A DNA stretch of 64,000 nucleotides, taken from the NCBI GenBank assembly GCA_048128005.1, contig JBEUKZ010000010.1:806001-870000 (forward strand), read 5' to 3'. Both the position numbers and the translations under genes were made by a program. Under the pieces are notes generated by a model. The model made no database searches. It saw nothing but the letters and a program-made list of their open reading frames with translations, and was not told the DNA's origin. The DNA is from Veleropilina oligotropha (taxonomy: Eukaryota). This document shows positions 1-14,987 of the stretch, in pieces (the first letter of the stretch is position 1; every line of letters begins with the position of its first letter).

Positions 1-2320
1 ATATAGTACAACATTTTACATTACCACAGCTATCATTGAATGTGGTATTCCAAGTCATCCATTTACTTGACCACCGCTCCATCATGTTAAATATAGACTC
101 AGCATATATGGCCGCCGAGGGCTATTTATCTGAACGACATCATGCTGTTATCTTTATGGACTTTGAGACCGCTATGCATTATTAAACGATGATTTGCTGG
201 TTCATTAATGAATTGTTAATGCATTAATGCATTGTTAATGCATTAATGCATTGTTTCTAGCATCAAAATTGAACGGTTATGTTTCAGATTAACCCGTCAC
301 AGTGTCTGAAAGGCACGGTAAATAAAAATGCTGATTCTGTGAATATGCCTGTTACGTAACCTAATATTTGCCTTTCTATTTCATTCAATACTAATGCTGA
401 CATCGTGTTTATAAGGCAAATGCACTATTTGTTGTATTGCGCTCAATTTTGAGCATAAAAAAGGAAAGATAAATGTTTTTGCATGCTTTACAAACTGAAT
501 CAACACAGCGGACTCCTTGCTATGCTTCAGTTCATCTACGGACATGCACAAAACGTGTTGTTTGTGTTAGTTGAATTTTATAAAAATAGAATGTGTGAAA
601 TATATTGCATGCAGATAATTAAATTTCATATTTAGCAGATATCGTAAGCATGGTTCAACGTGCATCACTAACATGTTAGATAATCTCTGCTATGAAAATT
701 TGAACCTTTGTTTATCCTTTGAGCCTTGGGGCCCTGAGCGCTAAATGATATATACCTGACCTCCTGACAAGATATATTATATGTATGGTTATATTGCATA
801 CGCATCTATATCTAAAGAACAGGCAGGTGGATCATCATGAAATTTTCATTTTCTGTAGATAATGGAAATGTGACTCAAAATGACTACTTTTATTTATCAA
901 ATTTCCCATATTACAGGTGAGACAGGTGAGATAATTACATGCATATTTTGAATATGTGCATATAATAAACAACTATTGTATTGAAATATTGATGGTAACT
1001 GGTAGCATGTAATTCATATTTACATATGAATTGACTCTGAATTACTCAACAATTGCACGATAATTGTAATAACAGGTCTGCCAGGTGACAAGCCGAAAGC
1101 CTTTGATCATTATAAACTGACTTCTATTTAGTTATAATTTGGTTATTTCTTGAAACAAAGTTAATTTAGTTTACAAAAATCGCAGTATCTCGGTTGTTTA
1201 TTGATTGATATATCAAATTTTGCATACATGTAGGTCATTGAGTCGTGTATTTGTCCCACTACTATTCCACTACACACAGGTAAGATAATTGCAGGTAAAT
1301 CATATATTTCGTATTGTAATATGACACTGGCCACCTATCCGATACTACTATATCAAGTCAATTGACCCTGTGTAATTCCTCGATATCAGACTCGAAAAAG
1401 AGATACCGCATCTCATCCTCTGTGTATTTGTGCTTCCGTGACGCCTTGACAGCTTCAGGTAAATCATGGATCAGTAAATCCAGGAAATGTTCGCTAAATA
1501 GTCACTCGACAACCTTATGTGGGCGCAGACATCTTGTATGACCTTATTAGGCACACAAATCCAAGCTGGCGTTATGATTGGTCTAATATTACCGCATTTA
1601 AACATCCCATAACACAACCTGACCTCGATTCCTGGTGTATCGGCACTACTGCATATGAGACAATAAGAATACTCCCAGTGTACCAGCACTACAGGCTTTA
1701 AGGGTTAAGATTGTAAATGCATTTTAATTGATTGATGCATCACATGATTTTTGTACACTTATAACAATTTTCAATACACGTAACATGTATCATCAAAATC
1801 ACAGTCAAGACTTCAGGTTAGCGTCTCAATCCCATCAGATGCTTTTCTACCTCATACCAGCAGATATTACATTCTTGGCATAGTCCAAGCATTGAGGTGA
1901 TCATTCTGGAAAACGCAAACATCCGATTTGATTTGGGTGTAGCATTAAGAATTCAGATTAATTTTAATCTGTTTCAAATTTTCCATTGGATGATATTTAT
2001 CAGACAGATCGAAATCTCAAATGATGATACCATGATAAGTCATTTGTTGTTGTGTCCTTGCTTACTGTCCTGTCTATATATAGCTGTCCACTTATCCGCT
2101 GTCCAGTACAATGTTGTTGACCCAGGTGCTACAACGAGGCTTATTATGTTGATGAAGATAGCTTTTTTATCCAGAAATCTGTTGAATTTAACAAGACAAT
2201 GCCAACTTACACACTGGCAGTGATTTGAATGAGTTATTTGTGAGATCCAGCGATATAAATAAATTTGGTTTATGGACAAAACTGGACATGTAACAAGTAG
2301 CTTTGTATATGCCAAGATCT

Positions 2321-3422
<1,102 letters not shown>

Positions 3423-3647
3423 GCCAAGATCTATAATTTCATTTAAAATTAAAATGTGAAAAGCTATTATATGCTATAATTTATTTTAAATTATCATTCA
3501 ATTTGATATAATAATAAAATCACATCCTATAATATGTATAATAGTACACAATTCTCTTTATCATATGCATGCTTTTACACTGTAATAATTCATTTTTATC
3601 CCATGGTTGAAATACTTGTTATTTCTGCAGCAGTAAAGATTTAACTC

Positions 3648-3805
3648 AGGGGCGAGGTGGCTAATTGTTAAAAAGACTCCTGGTTATAATCTAGTGGTGT
3701 TGAGTTCGAATCACTGGTTGTGACAGGGACTTTTTCCATGATCTCATCATAAGAATCACTATTATGATCGAAATGTTGCTGTGGTTTTTACACCCCAGTT
3801 CATCT
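3648..3805 (+). mobile_element. Degenerate tRNA-derived SINE fragment
   Basis: A-box-like ggtggctaattg and B-box-like gagttcgaatc. Confidence 0.4.
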
Positions 3806-4258
3806 TACTATGCATGATCGATCACGAGGGTTTTTATTGATTGTTGAATGTATACAATTATTTTGGCAGCACCTAGCATTAATTTGCATAAGCGTCGGCA
3901 CACACTCATTAGCTGGGTATATTTCAATATTTGCCGATGTCAGCGCTGATGGCTGTTGCGCTGATGTTTGTATTCAGCGTGGCGTCAGACTTATTGGTAC
4001 CAGCATGTCAGGATCGAGCTGCACGTCTGCCTGTGTCAGCGTACCTGTAAACTTCCAGTATCATGTTCCATTGACTTTCAATATTTGTCCTGGTACCCGA
4101 GAAACAGAGAGCATACAGGGAGCTTGTATCAACCCTTTAGCGCCTCTTTGTAAATTGTCTCTATATGCTTGATTCATTTCAACTATTTCTGACCGTAGCT
4201 AACGTTGGAAACATTTCACATTGTTACAGCAGATATATCGGTAGCTATATAGTGGGGA

Positions 4259-4532
4259 GGCAGGGAGGAATATATACATGATGCTTAATGTCCTGTTTAT
4301 TTACAACATCGATGTTCAAGGCAGGACATGTCCGTGTTATCGCCGGAGGAAACCCCGGTCGCCCGGGTAAACCCGCCCTCTTCGGCCAGTCGCGGACAAC
4401 TGTGATTCATAACTTGAACAAATGTCAATGCCTCAGCCAGTTATTGAACCCACTACTGTTCGCATTAGCGGAATCAAGCCAGTGAACTTAAAACTAGTGG
4501 ACACTCTTACCCACTGCGCTGCCGAAGCGGCC
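4259..4532 (-). mobile_element. tRNA-headed SINE, family A (V-domain-like core, (TCCC)n tail), full length
   Basis: Minus strand begins ggccgcttcggcagcgcagtgg (A box) with gggttcaata (B box); core gggtttacccgggcgaccggggtttcctcc; near-identical to copies at 28774 and 48654; degenerate TSD gcta(t/a)atag.ggga. Confidence 0.85.
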
Positions 4533-4993
4533 GCTAAATAGAGGGAGATGGTGAAGTATATTTGCATAGTATTAAATCATGGTACGTGCAGTGAGTTCGA
4601 TTCAATCACTGGAATTATGCTTGGTTTGGATCAACACTTAATGAGAGGTCGGTCGCCTAATAATATGGAAACCACTCGCACCTGTCAGTTGGTGGTGGTG
4701 TCATGGTGAATTTTAGGCCCGCGTCCACCTCATCTGTGATTTAGCAAGTCAGTTGCAATTGGAACCACTATTGGGAAAATTAAATTAAAACATTTCTGTG
4801 GCGTCATCTATTGTTATGGGCAGTTGTTTATTCTGCCTATTCCATCGAAGAAGAGCCGTTGAATAGTTTAAAGGCATTCAACTAATACACGGCAATTAAG
4901 ACTTTCATTCAACTAATGCACTCCAATTAACTACAATAGAGGTACCTGGTGGGGAATCAGGCTATTGTTCAATGGTGAAATGTTTTAAGTGAC

Positions 4994-5105
4994 ATAAACT
5001 ACTCGATAGCGTTGAATAGTTCAGAGAAAACACTCCTGTCTCGGGCCTCACGGCCCTCAATAGGAGTGTTTTCTCTGAACTATTCAACGCTATCGAGTAG
5101 TTTAT
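4994..5105. repeat. Short near-perfect hairpin / MITE remnant
   Basis: ataaactactcgatagcgttgaatagttcagagaaaacactcct and its reverse complement surround a small GC-rich loop. Confidence 0.85.
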
Positions 5106-7669
5106 CCCATACTGAACACATTAATTTAACAGTGTTGGTGTAAGAAATAATTCTCACACCATTGCTAGAATGTTATTTATGTGCCATATGCAAGCATGAA
5201 TATGTTGTCAAGTACAGTTATGGGCACTCGTTAACCACACTAATTTTCATAAGTTAAATTTATCAGTGACTGCAATGACTTTTATTTCAATTACATTTGC
5301 TATGAAGGCTATCAACATTTTGTTTCTGTCGCTTTTTTTTTCTGGTTGCTCCCAATTTTAGGAGCTAATTAATGTATTTTTGGTAAAATATGACAGGCTT
5401 ATATTTTGCGATAACCGATAAAGACATATGTTTTCAATTGCACTGTTACCCAGTATGTGTGTACCTTAAATTTATTCCTAAATAATCCATGTGATAATTC
5501 TTCATGCTTATAGACATTGTTGAATAATCACCTTTTCCTGATCGAATATGATATACGCAAGTCTCGCTTTACTAGTCATATTGTTGCCCACTCTATAATG
5601 CATTGTGGTATTAATACTTTATGTCAGATCTATTGTGTTTCGCATAATGTCTTCCTTGTTGCTGGGAACATGTTGATAATCGTAAGCTTGAAGGTCTAGA
5701 AGGTTACACAGTTAATATACATAATGTATATATCGGATAATCCATGCTAATAGGAGTATCTCCTCTACCAGCTCGGTCAAATGTTCACCCAAGGTATGAT
5801 TTCTGGTAAGAACTCTGAAATATAGTCATTAAATAAAAGATCATCATAATGTACACATTTAAATTTCCTGTAAATCTTTTTGTTATTGAATTTTTGAAGT
5901 GCTTTATCTTAATTTTTTCCCCAAAATATTTGTATATGTTCCCATTCGTGCATGTTTCATATATTTGCTTCAACATTTGAGAAAAAACTGCATTTGTAAG
6001 ATTTTGTTTATGCTGTGTTAAACCTGTTATCAAGCATAGCTAATCTTGACATACCCAGCTATTCAGAGAATAGGGCTTAATTGTTTTGTCGAGCTAATTG
6101 AGAGATAATCTTAGTTCACAAAGGATTGTCATCTAGCTTGTTTTTGTATGGTTTACCTTCCAATTAAGAGCTTCAAAGAGATTCACAACAAAGCTATACG
6201 CTTAATTAATTAAGCATCGATCCAGTGATTGGCATGGAAATTGGTCCATGTCGCTTCCCTTAAAATTAAAATCATGGGCAGCACTTCCTTGGAGTAGGCG
6301 GTGAAAGTAGTTAGGTTAATCGGTTGTATGGTTAATAATTGGTTATGAAATTAATAGCCTTCAGTTCAGCCTAGATTAGTTCCAACCGATGTTCTTTAGG
6401 AAATATTTTAGCCATACATCATAGAGAGATGTTGGATAATTTCATTTGTCATTTTGCTACAAGTAAACCATCTCAAACCAGCAAGTTTCAACTGTGTAGC
6501 AATAACCCCTAGTTGACGCATAATTCTGGATCATCAAGCATTATTGTCCCTTAAACATCGTATCAGAGATGCTTTGAAGAGACCTTGAGAGAAATAATCG
6601 ATATAATTTGGAGACATTCCAAAGATGATATACAAAAAAGTCTTGTTCGTAGAAAACATTTTGAATCTCTTGTGTTGCAATTTGAAAAGAGAGCATTTAG
6701 GAACTACAATTTTGGTATGAATTGGATCGATGGTTAATGTCCAATCAGGCTAGTGAATTTGGAGCCCTCTCTTATCTGTGGCGCCACCAGGAGGCCAGAC
6801 ACTATAGACCCTTTAATTTTGCGTGCAACTTCTTATTGGAAGGAAATGTTTCCAAAATCGAAGCTGAAAATAGCATCTACGTAGCCTGTTGCATTCAGTG
6901 GCTAATTCCCTTCATCCCTTTAGTGGTGGGCAGCGCTTCGAGGTCTTTACTATGACCTTGATTATATATCGTGTCAAATCTGTTCTAATGGGAACTAAAG
7001 GCGACAAACTAATGCCTCGATCATGCGATTACTATGCTGTAGATCGCTGGCAAATGACTGAAAGCATTTTATTTTCTGGCACTGACTTCAACGTCGACGA
7101 CACTCTATTAGGTGCTTACGAAGAGATTCTACAAGAACTAAACTCTTATGCCAGTGAGAATTATTGATTTGCAGCAAAAACCTTCCCATTTATCATCAAC
7201 CTGTCATGTGCATAGTAATTACGAAGATGAGTTCCCTATAGAGATGCAGTGGTAGTTATCACCGACGTATGAATTGTCAAATCTTAAATGAGAATTGTCA
7301 TTTATATCTTGTGTTGAAATCGGGTTGGTCTGATCCAAGTTTCTATTAGAAACGCATTCTGTAAGGAAATATCAAGAGTGTAGTGAGCTGTGGTTATTCG
7401 GTAATGGAATATTACACAGATAAAATTGAAAATGACTTGGTAATTCGTTATAGCAATAAAGATTGGTTGGTGAATGCATTTTAGTTTAGTGTTATACCAG
7501 TAAGCAATTGTGTCAAATGTCTGATAGATTTTTAATCTTTGGATTTGCATATAATACTAAGATTTAGTCATGGCGCTAGTATATAAAGCATGCATTCACC
7601 ATCTAATTATTTTAAGTACCAAGCAAAACAAAATCTGACGCCAGCAGTAATATGGAAAAAGAGGAACGG

Positions 7670-7925
7670 AAAGGATTTATGCTTAATATCCTTTATATTT
7701 TCAACCAGTAGATTCAAAGCTGGACATGTCATTATTATCGTGGGAGGAAAGTCCGGTCGCCCGGAGAAACCCGTCCTCTCCGATCTTTTATGGAAAACTG
7801 TGATTCGTAACTTGAACAAATAATGTCATGTCCCAACTGACATTTGAACCACGACTCTTTGCATCAGCGGAATGAAGCCGGTGATTTTTCGCAGTCTACA
7901 ACCGACACCACACAATTGTCGGAAC
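7670..7925 (-). mobile_element. SINE family A, diverged copy
   Basis: Same core (ttcaaagctggacatgtc...ccggtcgcccggagaaacccg...aactgtgattcgtaacttgaacaaa). Confidence 0.75.
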
Positions 7926-10634
7926 GACCTGTTCTAATATGGAACCTTGGATATAGGCTGTTGAATATGTTAATTAGAGATGGTAGCAGCACATGGAGGT
8001 GGCATATTGTCTGTGAATGGGCATCCAATGACCTGATCGATAATAGACTGCCTCTGGGATTTCTTTTTAATTTGGTCTTGTGTTCTGACGTTTATTGGTT
8101 GGCGCCTGAAAATATTCCTGGATAATTGTCTTGTATCGACTTTAATATTGATTAGCTTTGCTGCCGATTCCACAAGTTCCTGATAGTCGCTCAGCTTACT
8201 ACGTCTTGCTCAAAATGACGTTGCTTCTAAGGCTGTTGTGTTGCAAAAGGAATTTTTGGAATTATTCCTATGTTGAAATCCAAAGGGGTAAGCTATGTTG
8301 ATGTTTATGTTTGTGATAAATGTGCGAGGACAGTTAAATATCGCATCAAGCAGGGTTCAAGAGAAAATTGTAATATAGGTTTCGCAATTATGATACGCAG
8401 CTTAGATAACAGCGAGCGTTATGCTGAAGACCTATATAGACTATTTGCAAAAGAGAAATTTTGTTGCTATAATTGAAAGTACGTGTACATAATTGATACT
8501 AGTGGATTGTGAGTGACATGCGACAAAATCGTTATTGTTCAAGCAATTCCGAGAACATTCACTGATAATCACTGAGTATTAATTAACTGGCAACCGGTTT
8601 AGATGTTCATGCAGTTGTGTTCAATGTTGTCTTTTATAAATGTCTAGAAAATGGCTTGATAGAGCGACTATTCAATATTCATATGAAACAGTATTGTCCG
8701 TTGATATTTATCATGCAAGCATGACGGCAGAGGCTTTTCGAGATGTTATGAGGCTGGAGAGTGCAATTAAATGTTTGATCAATTAGATGTGATTTATGTT
8801 TAGGATAACTGAATTATGTGTACATGTATTTCAAAAATGATATTTACCTTTTCCGGATGGAAGTGCAATGGTATTGCAATTTGTCCTGTATGTATGGTTT
8901 GTTGTGTGCTGTATGCGAGCAGATCTCAAATTTATTTACCTGAACTTTTCCACAAAATGGGATGAACGTATGGTTCGGTGTCCTCCTGGTGCTTTAAGGT
9001 GATCTCCGGATCCTGATTTTAAGACATTATTTTCATATTTTCGTTTTCTGCTATAGTGTTAAACTACCGGTCTTTGTCATAGAGAATTCTGGAATTCACC
9101 ATCGTGTGCCATGTCATTGGGCGTGACTTTTCAATCTCGAATTAGAATTGTTAGAATTGATTTCAATTCATTTCTGGTCAATCTTTTGCAGTGTGTATTT
9201 GTTGACATGGCCTTTGAACATTGTCTTCATTTCAGAAAAGCACAATATTATAATTTATTATTATATTTAATAAATATAATATTTATTATGTTTGTATGAT
9301 TGTCATAATTATAATCTGGGTCTGACTAATTTTCATAAGAGTCTGAATGCAATTGATCAAACAATGCTAAAACTAAAACAGTCTTTCCATAAGCCGTGTC
9401 CTTTCATGATATGCTATATAATCTTCTCATTCTTCATTTTCTTTAAGAATTAATTATTTTGAAAGATACTTGACTATTTGAGGAGGGGTAATCTTCAAGG
9501 GGTGAATGTCATGGCTCTACTTGCGCAAATAATGTAACACCAAGTCGCCGAAGCGGAGGTTCCGCCTTTGATATGGCCGAAGTTTTTTGACATGGTCGTT
9601 AAACAAGCAATTGCGTCTGAACATGTGATCTAACTCAAACAGTCGCTCTATTTCTGAAATGCAGCCTGTCAGGGGCGTCTCGCAATTCTTTGATTAGGAC
9701 AGATATTTTTTGTGATAAGAATGGACAAAAACCTGTCTTGTTTGTCTTGATTGAGACCGAAGAATAAAACAATTTGCATTCTGCATCGGGATGCTCTGTT
9801 CGCAGTAGGGGATCGTATTTGCAGATAGTGTGTGTTGAACATGTCCCACAAAGCTGAAAGGCGAGACATATGTGTATTGTCGAATCCACGATCGCCGCAT
9901 GGCTATATTAGAGTGTGTTATCATAATAATGCCAACTCTCCTAACAACAAACTTTGATTTCTGCATCGCTAAGATTTTTACACTGGGAAAAGATGAATAT
10001 TATATACACAAGAAGACAATGATGATCGCCTTTGGTTGTTATCATACGACCTTGGTTGTTTGATGAAAGGCTATTCTTAGGGTGCCGAAATTTTGAGTGT
10101 GTGTGTAAATTTGCTCTTCTACATCGATTAATGGCCATTAAGTATCATTTGTATTTAACACTTAGCTGTTATCAGTAAACAGCGCTTCAGAATTGCACTT
10201 GAAATTCTGTTTTCAATACATGAATATGTAGACTATGCCAGAAAAGAAATGCACATCTGAATAAGATGTATACAATATATTTCCTTTGACCAAAACAACA
10301 CACAATATTGACATTAAATGAAATGCAATTTATTAGTGAAAAAAGTAAGTTAGTGTCTGTAAAATGTTTTCTTGCATTAAAATTTGACAAATCGTTAACC
10401 AAGTGTTAAAGTTGTATAAAAGTGTGGTGTGCGTTTCTTTTTGGTTGAGTATCATTGGTCAGTGAGCCATTGTGTGTCAGAAAATTTGTACATTTCGTAA
10501 AAACATTAGCCTAAACATGATGAACATGGTTGTTAATGAATACAAATATATCTGCATAGTGACATTTTAATTAGGCAAGATGTAAATATTTTCTTATTTA
10601 TTGTATATTACAATTTCACATATATGCATAATGA

Positions 10635-10870
10635 TGGATGGCTGGATAGTTAATGTACTGCATGTTTACAGCTTTAGGTTCAAGGCAGGACGTGTCCATA
10701 TTATCGCAGGAGGAAACCCGGTCACCCGGGGCAGCTCACCCTCTCCGGCCAGTTATGGACAACTGTCGCTGATAACTGAACAAACAATTTAATGTCCCAA
10801 CCGAGATTCGAACCCACTACTGTTTGTGTCAGCGGAAGCAAGCCAGTGATTTCAGTCCGCACTCGAGACC
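10635..10870 (-). mobile_element. SINE family A, diverged copy
   Basis: ggttcaaggcaggacgtgtcc...ggaggaaacccggtcacccggg...ttcgaacccactactg. Confidence 0.75.
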
Positions 10871-11499
10871 ACACGACGTTTTTACTTGCATGCAGACATT
10901 CTGTTTTGAGTTTCGATGCATTCAATATCAACTAGTAAGATTGCACTTTGAGACCGACCCAGGAACTACTGTATATATCAGTTGTACCGTGTTGTTCATT
11001 TTGCGATCATATACCATTTCAATAGTAGGTCTGACAAATATTGTGTATATATGTGGGTGACCTACTTGTTGAATGCATTTGCGATGAGATTTTGGATTCC
11101 TTTCAGGAGAGTATTATATTTGGTTCACGACTTTATTAGCTCTCAAATATGAGAGGTATATTAACCTACATGTCAAAAGTAGGATTGATTCCTTTGACAA
11201 GATTTATGCGTACTCTCACATAGTTATAAAACTATAAACTAGACATTCCTGTCATTATTTTCAAACAAGCTTATTTTGGATATAAAGTTTGAAGATATAA
11301 GTACAGACATGGATGATAATATACATATAATATATATGATATGGATAAGGTATGTATATTCATGCATTGAATATTTTATTGTATATGTATGTGTTCAATC
11401 AGTGTTTATAATCATGATATATCTGTTAACTAGCATAAGAAATTATTGATGAAATATTCATTTAACAACATATTTATAAAGGGAGGTGCCCCCAGGGTG

Positions 11500-11734
11500 G
11501 CATCAGTAGTCGAGTGGGTGGATATAAGAGTGCGGGCTCTCGGTGCACTCGCTTGATGGCTCTGTCTCACGGGAGTTGGGGCGAATCCTCAGTTGGGCAA
11601 TTTGTTCCACACTGGTTTTCCTGGGCAAGTGTAATGTGGTTGTCAATTCAGTTCGTTTGCTAGAATTGTCTTGAAATACAGAATGGTTTGATTGGATGGT
11701 CGATGCCGTCATAATATTGTCGGCAAAATTGATA
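11500..11734 (+). mobile_element. Old tRNA-headed SINE-like sequence, abutting or interrupted by the Academ insertion
   Basis: Head gtagtcgagtgg...agagtgcgggct resembles the head at 27322; B-box-like ggggcgaatcc. Confidence 0.4.
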
Positions 11735-12039
11735 TAGTGGGGCGGATATGTGACATATTACACCAGAGTAGTGCACTTCCGGCAGAAAGCATGAAATTTC
11801 GTATATAAGGGTTTTTGGGTATGCTGAATCCATAGCGATCAGGAGACAAGTCGTAAAATGAGTGCTTCCCATTCAAAATGGCCGATTTCAAAATGGCCGC
11901 CACAAAAATCGCGAAAATTCATAAAGCTTGCAAATGGGTGACCGAAATAGCACAGAATGTTTATTTTATTGTTTATTTAATGAGTATGACCTGTAAGCTA
12001 TTGACTAGGATCAAAATATTAACATTTGGGATATTTCTA

Positions 12040-12420
12040 ATTAGCGAAAATCCAAGATGGCCGCCAAATTTGGGATTTAAAAGGGGTGGTTTGTAATTTG
12101 TTAACCAATTGACATTAAGCAAGCTTTCTTGGGGGCTAACCAAACGTTTGGCCAGAGAGTGAACTCTGCACTAGTCAACAGAATCAAAATAATAATATTT
12201 GGGATATTTCTAATTAACAGAAATCCAAGATGGCCGCCAAATTTGAGATTAACAAAAATGTGGCTTGTCATTTTTTAACTGATTGACATAAAAAAGCCTT
12301 CTTAAGGGCTAACCAAACGTTTTGTCAGAGAGTGAGCTCTACACTAGTCAATATAATCAAGCTATTAACATTTGAGATATTTCTAATCAACGAAAATCCA
12401 AGATGGCCGCCAAATTTGGG
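12040..12420. repeat. Academ subterminal repeats (aaatccaagatggccgccaaattt, three copies, ~175-bp period), mirrored at ~15455-15835
   Basis: Directly visible. Confidence 0.85.
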
Positions 12421-12887
12421 AAACCGTTACTTTCCGAGCAATCAAATTCAATAATCCGTTAGACAAATTCGTAATCCAGGGACAGACAAAATCGGTGAAA
12501 GTCCAAAACACATTGATGGCAGCGAACCCGCCATACGGAGAGTGGGGTCACGTGGGTAATCACCCCTGTTTCGCATGCGACACCCATCACTGCATCAGAC
12601 TATGTTATTCTACACAAAAGCTCCACAATAATCAGTACAAATAGTGTATAGTGGACAAAGGTATGCTAATGACGTCATGGTCAGCACGGTCTCAATCTGG
12701 CCTTGACTGAGGCATGTAATTCGCGGAATAGGATTGGATATATAAAACAAAAACAAGGAAAATGACATCAACCTGAAACAATGAGCCGTGATGCATATTA
12801 TTTGGAATCACTTGACATAACAAAATGACAATTGGGTTATTCGATACCAATTATGGAATACTAGAAGATCGGTGTTATACTGTTTCA

Positions 12888-14111
12888 CTAATTGGTACAT
12901 TGTCCAGCACAAAAACATAACTGAGTACATGGAAGGTTTGATTTGGAGCATTTACATCGTCCGGTACAGTTCTTTTTGCACTGGCATTTTATTAATTCAC
13001 GGCATGCCTTTGATGCTTCGGGGAGAGAAGTCCACACAGGCGTCCAAATGTCATCAACCTCTCGTTTCCAGCCCCATGCTTGTGGTGATGGTAAAGTTGG
13101 ATTTGCTACGAACATCTGTCCCCAAATATGACCAGCCTGGTAGGCAGCACGCTGTATATGCTGCTGAAGAGCTCCATGTGTTGGGGGTATATTTTGGAGC
13201 TTACGATTGCCGTACGCAAAGAGGTGTTTACGAGCCTCATTCACAGAATTCAATGATGAAGTACGACTGTACAAAAGCACAACATACCTCTCCAGTTGGT
13301 CCATGTCATTCTGTGATACTACACTGGGCGCATGAGACAGCTTTTTAAAAAGAGGTGCAAGCTGTGGAAGTGACCTCCAAACATCCCATGCTGTCTTCTT
13401 TCCTATTCCGTGAAGGAACGAAACGGTATCACAACCCGACACAGCATGTAGAAAGAGCAATCCCCACGACCAGTCAGTTCCCAAATGAGCTGCAATTGCG
13501 TGAGCTGAAATGTACCGAAACTTTGTACCGTGACCAAAAGCCAACCACAAAGTACAACCAGTCATAGCACTGGCTGCTGCAACAGCTAAAACCAGAACAT
13601 CGGTATCAGTTGCCTGAATTAGAAAATGCCGGAATCCCTGATGGTAACCATGCGCTACATGTAGCAGCATTCTGTAGTCTGCCTCTTCATGAGTACAAGG
13701 TTGAAGAGTTGATACATCCGATGGAGTTGAGGAGACAATATTCTCGCATTCCGTGGAAAGCAAGATTTTGCCTTCTGGAACATTAGCCGATTTTATCACG
13801 TTCGCCAGAAAAGAAAACAGGGCTGTTTTGTTTGAGTCGACTCGAAGGAAGGACTTCCAGTTTGCAGGCATGACGGTATTACCAGCAACGCGGAGTGCTA
13901 CGCCTTCACCCCGGTTCTGTCTCACGTGACTTTTCAAGCTATCGTTTCTGTAAACATCGAACACAACATCCACCCTCTGTGTCGTATTAAGCTCTCTGTG
14001 AAGATATGGCATAAACGCATGTTGTGCATAATCACTAAATGTCTTGATCAAAACTGTTGACCTCTTTGGTTCCAAAACGTGCACTAATCCTGCACCATCT
14101 ATGACCTTCAT
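12888..14111 (-). CDS. C-terminal part of Academ protein: XPG/FEN1-like (PIN-fold) nuclease with H3TH motif and Cys8/CXC zinc finger; 5'-truncated, transposase domain absent
   Basis: Motifs IDG, VVFD, HEEAD, DTDV, SGCD...GIGKKTAW, PPT, HIQRA, and C-terminal CQCKKNCTGRCKC...CTQLCFC. Confidence 0.8.
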   Translation of the reverse strand: MKVIDGAGLVHVLEPKRSTVLIKTFSDYAQHAFMPYLHRELNTTQRVDVVFDVYRNDSLKSHVRQNRGEGVALRVAGNTVMPANWKSFLRVDSNKTALFSFLANVIKSANVPEGKILLSTECENIVSSTPSDVSTLQPCTHEEADYRMLLHVAHGYHQGFRHFLIQATDTDVLVLAVAAASAMTGCTLWLAFGHGTKFRYISAHAIAAHLGTDWSWGLLFLHAVSGCDTVSFLHGIGKKTAWDVWRSLPQLAPLFKKLSHAPSVVSQNDMDQLERYVVLLYSRTSSLNSVNEARKHLFAYGNRKLQNIPPTHGALQQHIQRAAYQAGHIWGQMFVANPTLPSPQAWGWKREVDDIWTPVWTSLPEASKACRELIKCQCKKNCTGRCKCSKSNLPCTQLCFCAGQCTN

Positions 14112-14987
14112 TTGCTTTCCACGGAATGCGAGAATATTGTCTCCTCAACTCCATCGGATGTATCAACTCTTCAACCTTGTACTCATGAAGAGGCAGACTA
14201 CAGAATGCTGCTACATGTAGCGCATGGTTACCATCAGGGATTCCGGCATTTTCTAATTCAGGCAACTGATACCGATGTTCTGGTTTTAGCTGTTGCAGCA
14301 GCCAGTGCTATGACTGGTTGTACTTTGTGGTTGGCTTTTGGTCACGGTACAAAGTTTCGGTACATTTCAGCTCACGCAATTGCAGCTCATTTGGGAACTG
14401 ACTGGTCGTGGGGATTGCTCTTTCTACATGCTGTGTCGGGTTGTGATACCGTTTCGTTCCTTCACGGAATAGGAAAGAAGACAGCATGGGATGTTTGGAG
14501 GTCACTTCCACAGCTTGCACCTCTTTTTAAAAAGCTGTCTCATGCGCCCAGTGTAGTATCACAGAATGACATGGACCAACTGGAGAGGTATGTTGTGCTT
14601 TTGTACAGTCGTACTTCATCATTGAATTCTGTGAATGAGGCTCGTAAACACCTCTTTGCGTACGGCAATCGTAAGCTCCAAAATATACCCCCAACACATG
14701 GAGCTCTTCAGCAGCATATACAGCGTGCTGCCTACCAGGCTGGTCATATTTGGGGACAGATGTTCGTAGCAAATCCAACTTTACCATCACCACAAGCATG
14801 GGGCTGGAAACGAGAGGTTGATGACATTTGGACGCCTGTGTGGACTTCTCTCCCCGAAGCATCAAAGGCATGCCGTGAATTAATAAAATGCCAGTGCAAA
14901 AAGAACTGTACCGGACGATGTAAATGCTCCAAATCAAACCTTCCATGTACTCAGTTATGTTTTTGTGCTGGACAATGTACCAATTAG
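14112..14987 (+). pseudogene. Inverted duplicate of the last 291 codons of the Academ XPG/CXC ORF
   Basis: Translation identical to the C-terminal part of the 12888-14111 ORF; coordinates mirror (sum 27875). Confidence 0.85.

Noticed and set aside
4288..4485. Recurrent small ORF family (MSCxFTTSxFKAGHVRV..., also at 28794 and 48678)
   Set aside because: Antisense translation of SINE copies; the ends differ between copies
4440..4532. tRNA gene
   Set aside because: A and B boxes are present but there is no cloverleaf; it is the head of a repeated SINE with tail and TSD
12888..14987. Pair of divergent host FEN1/XPG repair genes
   Set aside because: Intronless, truncated, identical mirror copies inside TIRs with a TSD; transposon-derived
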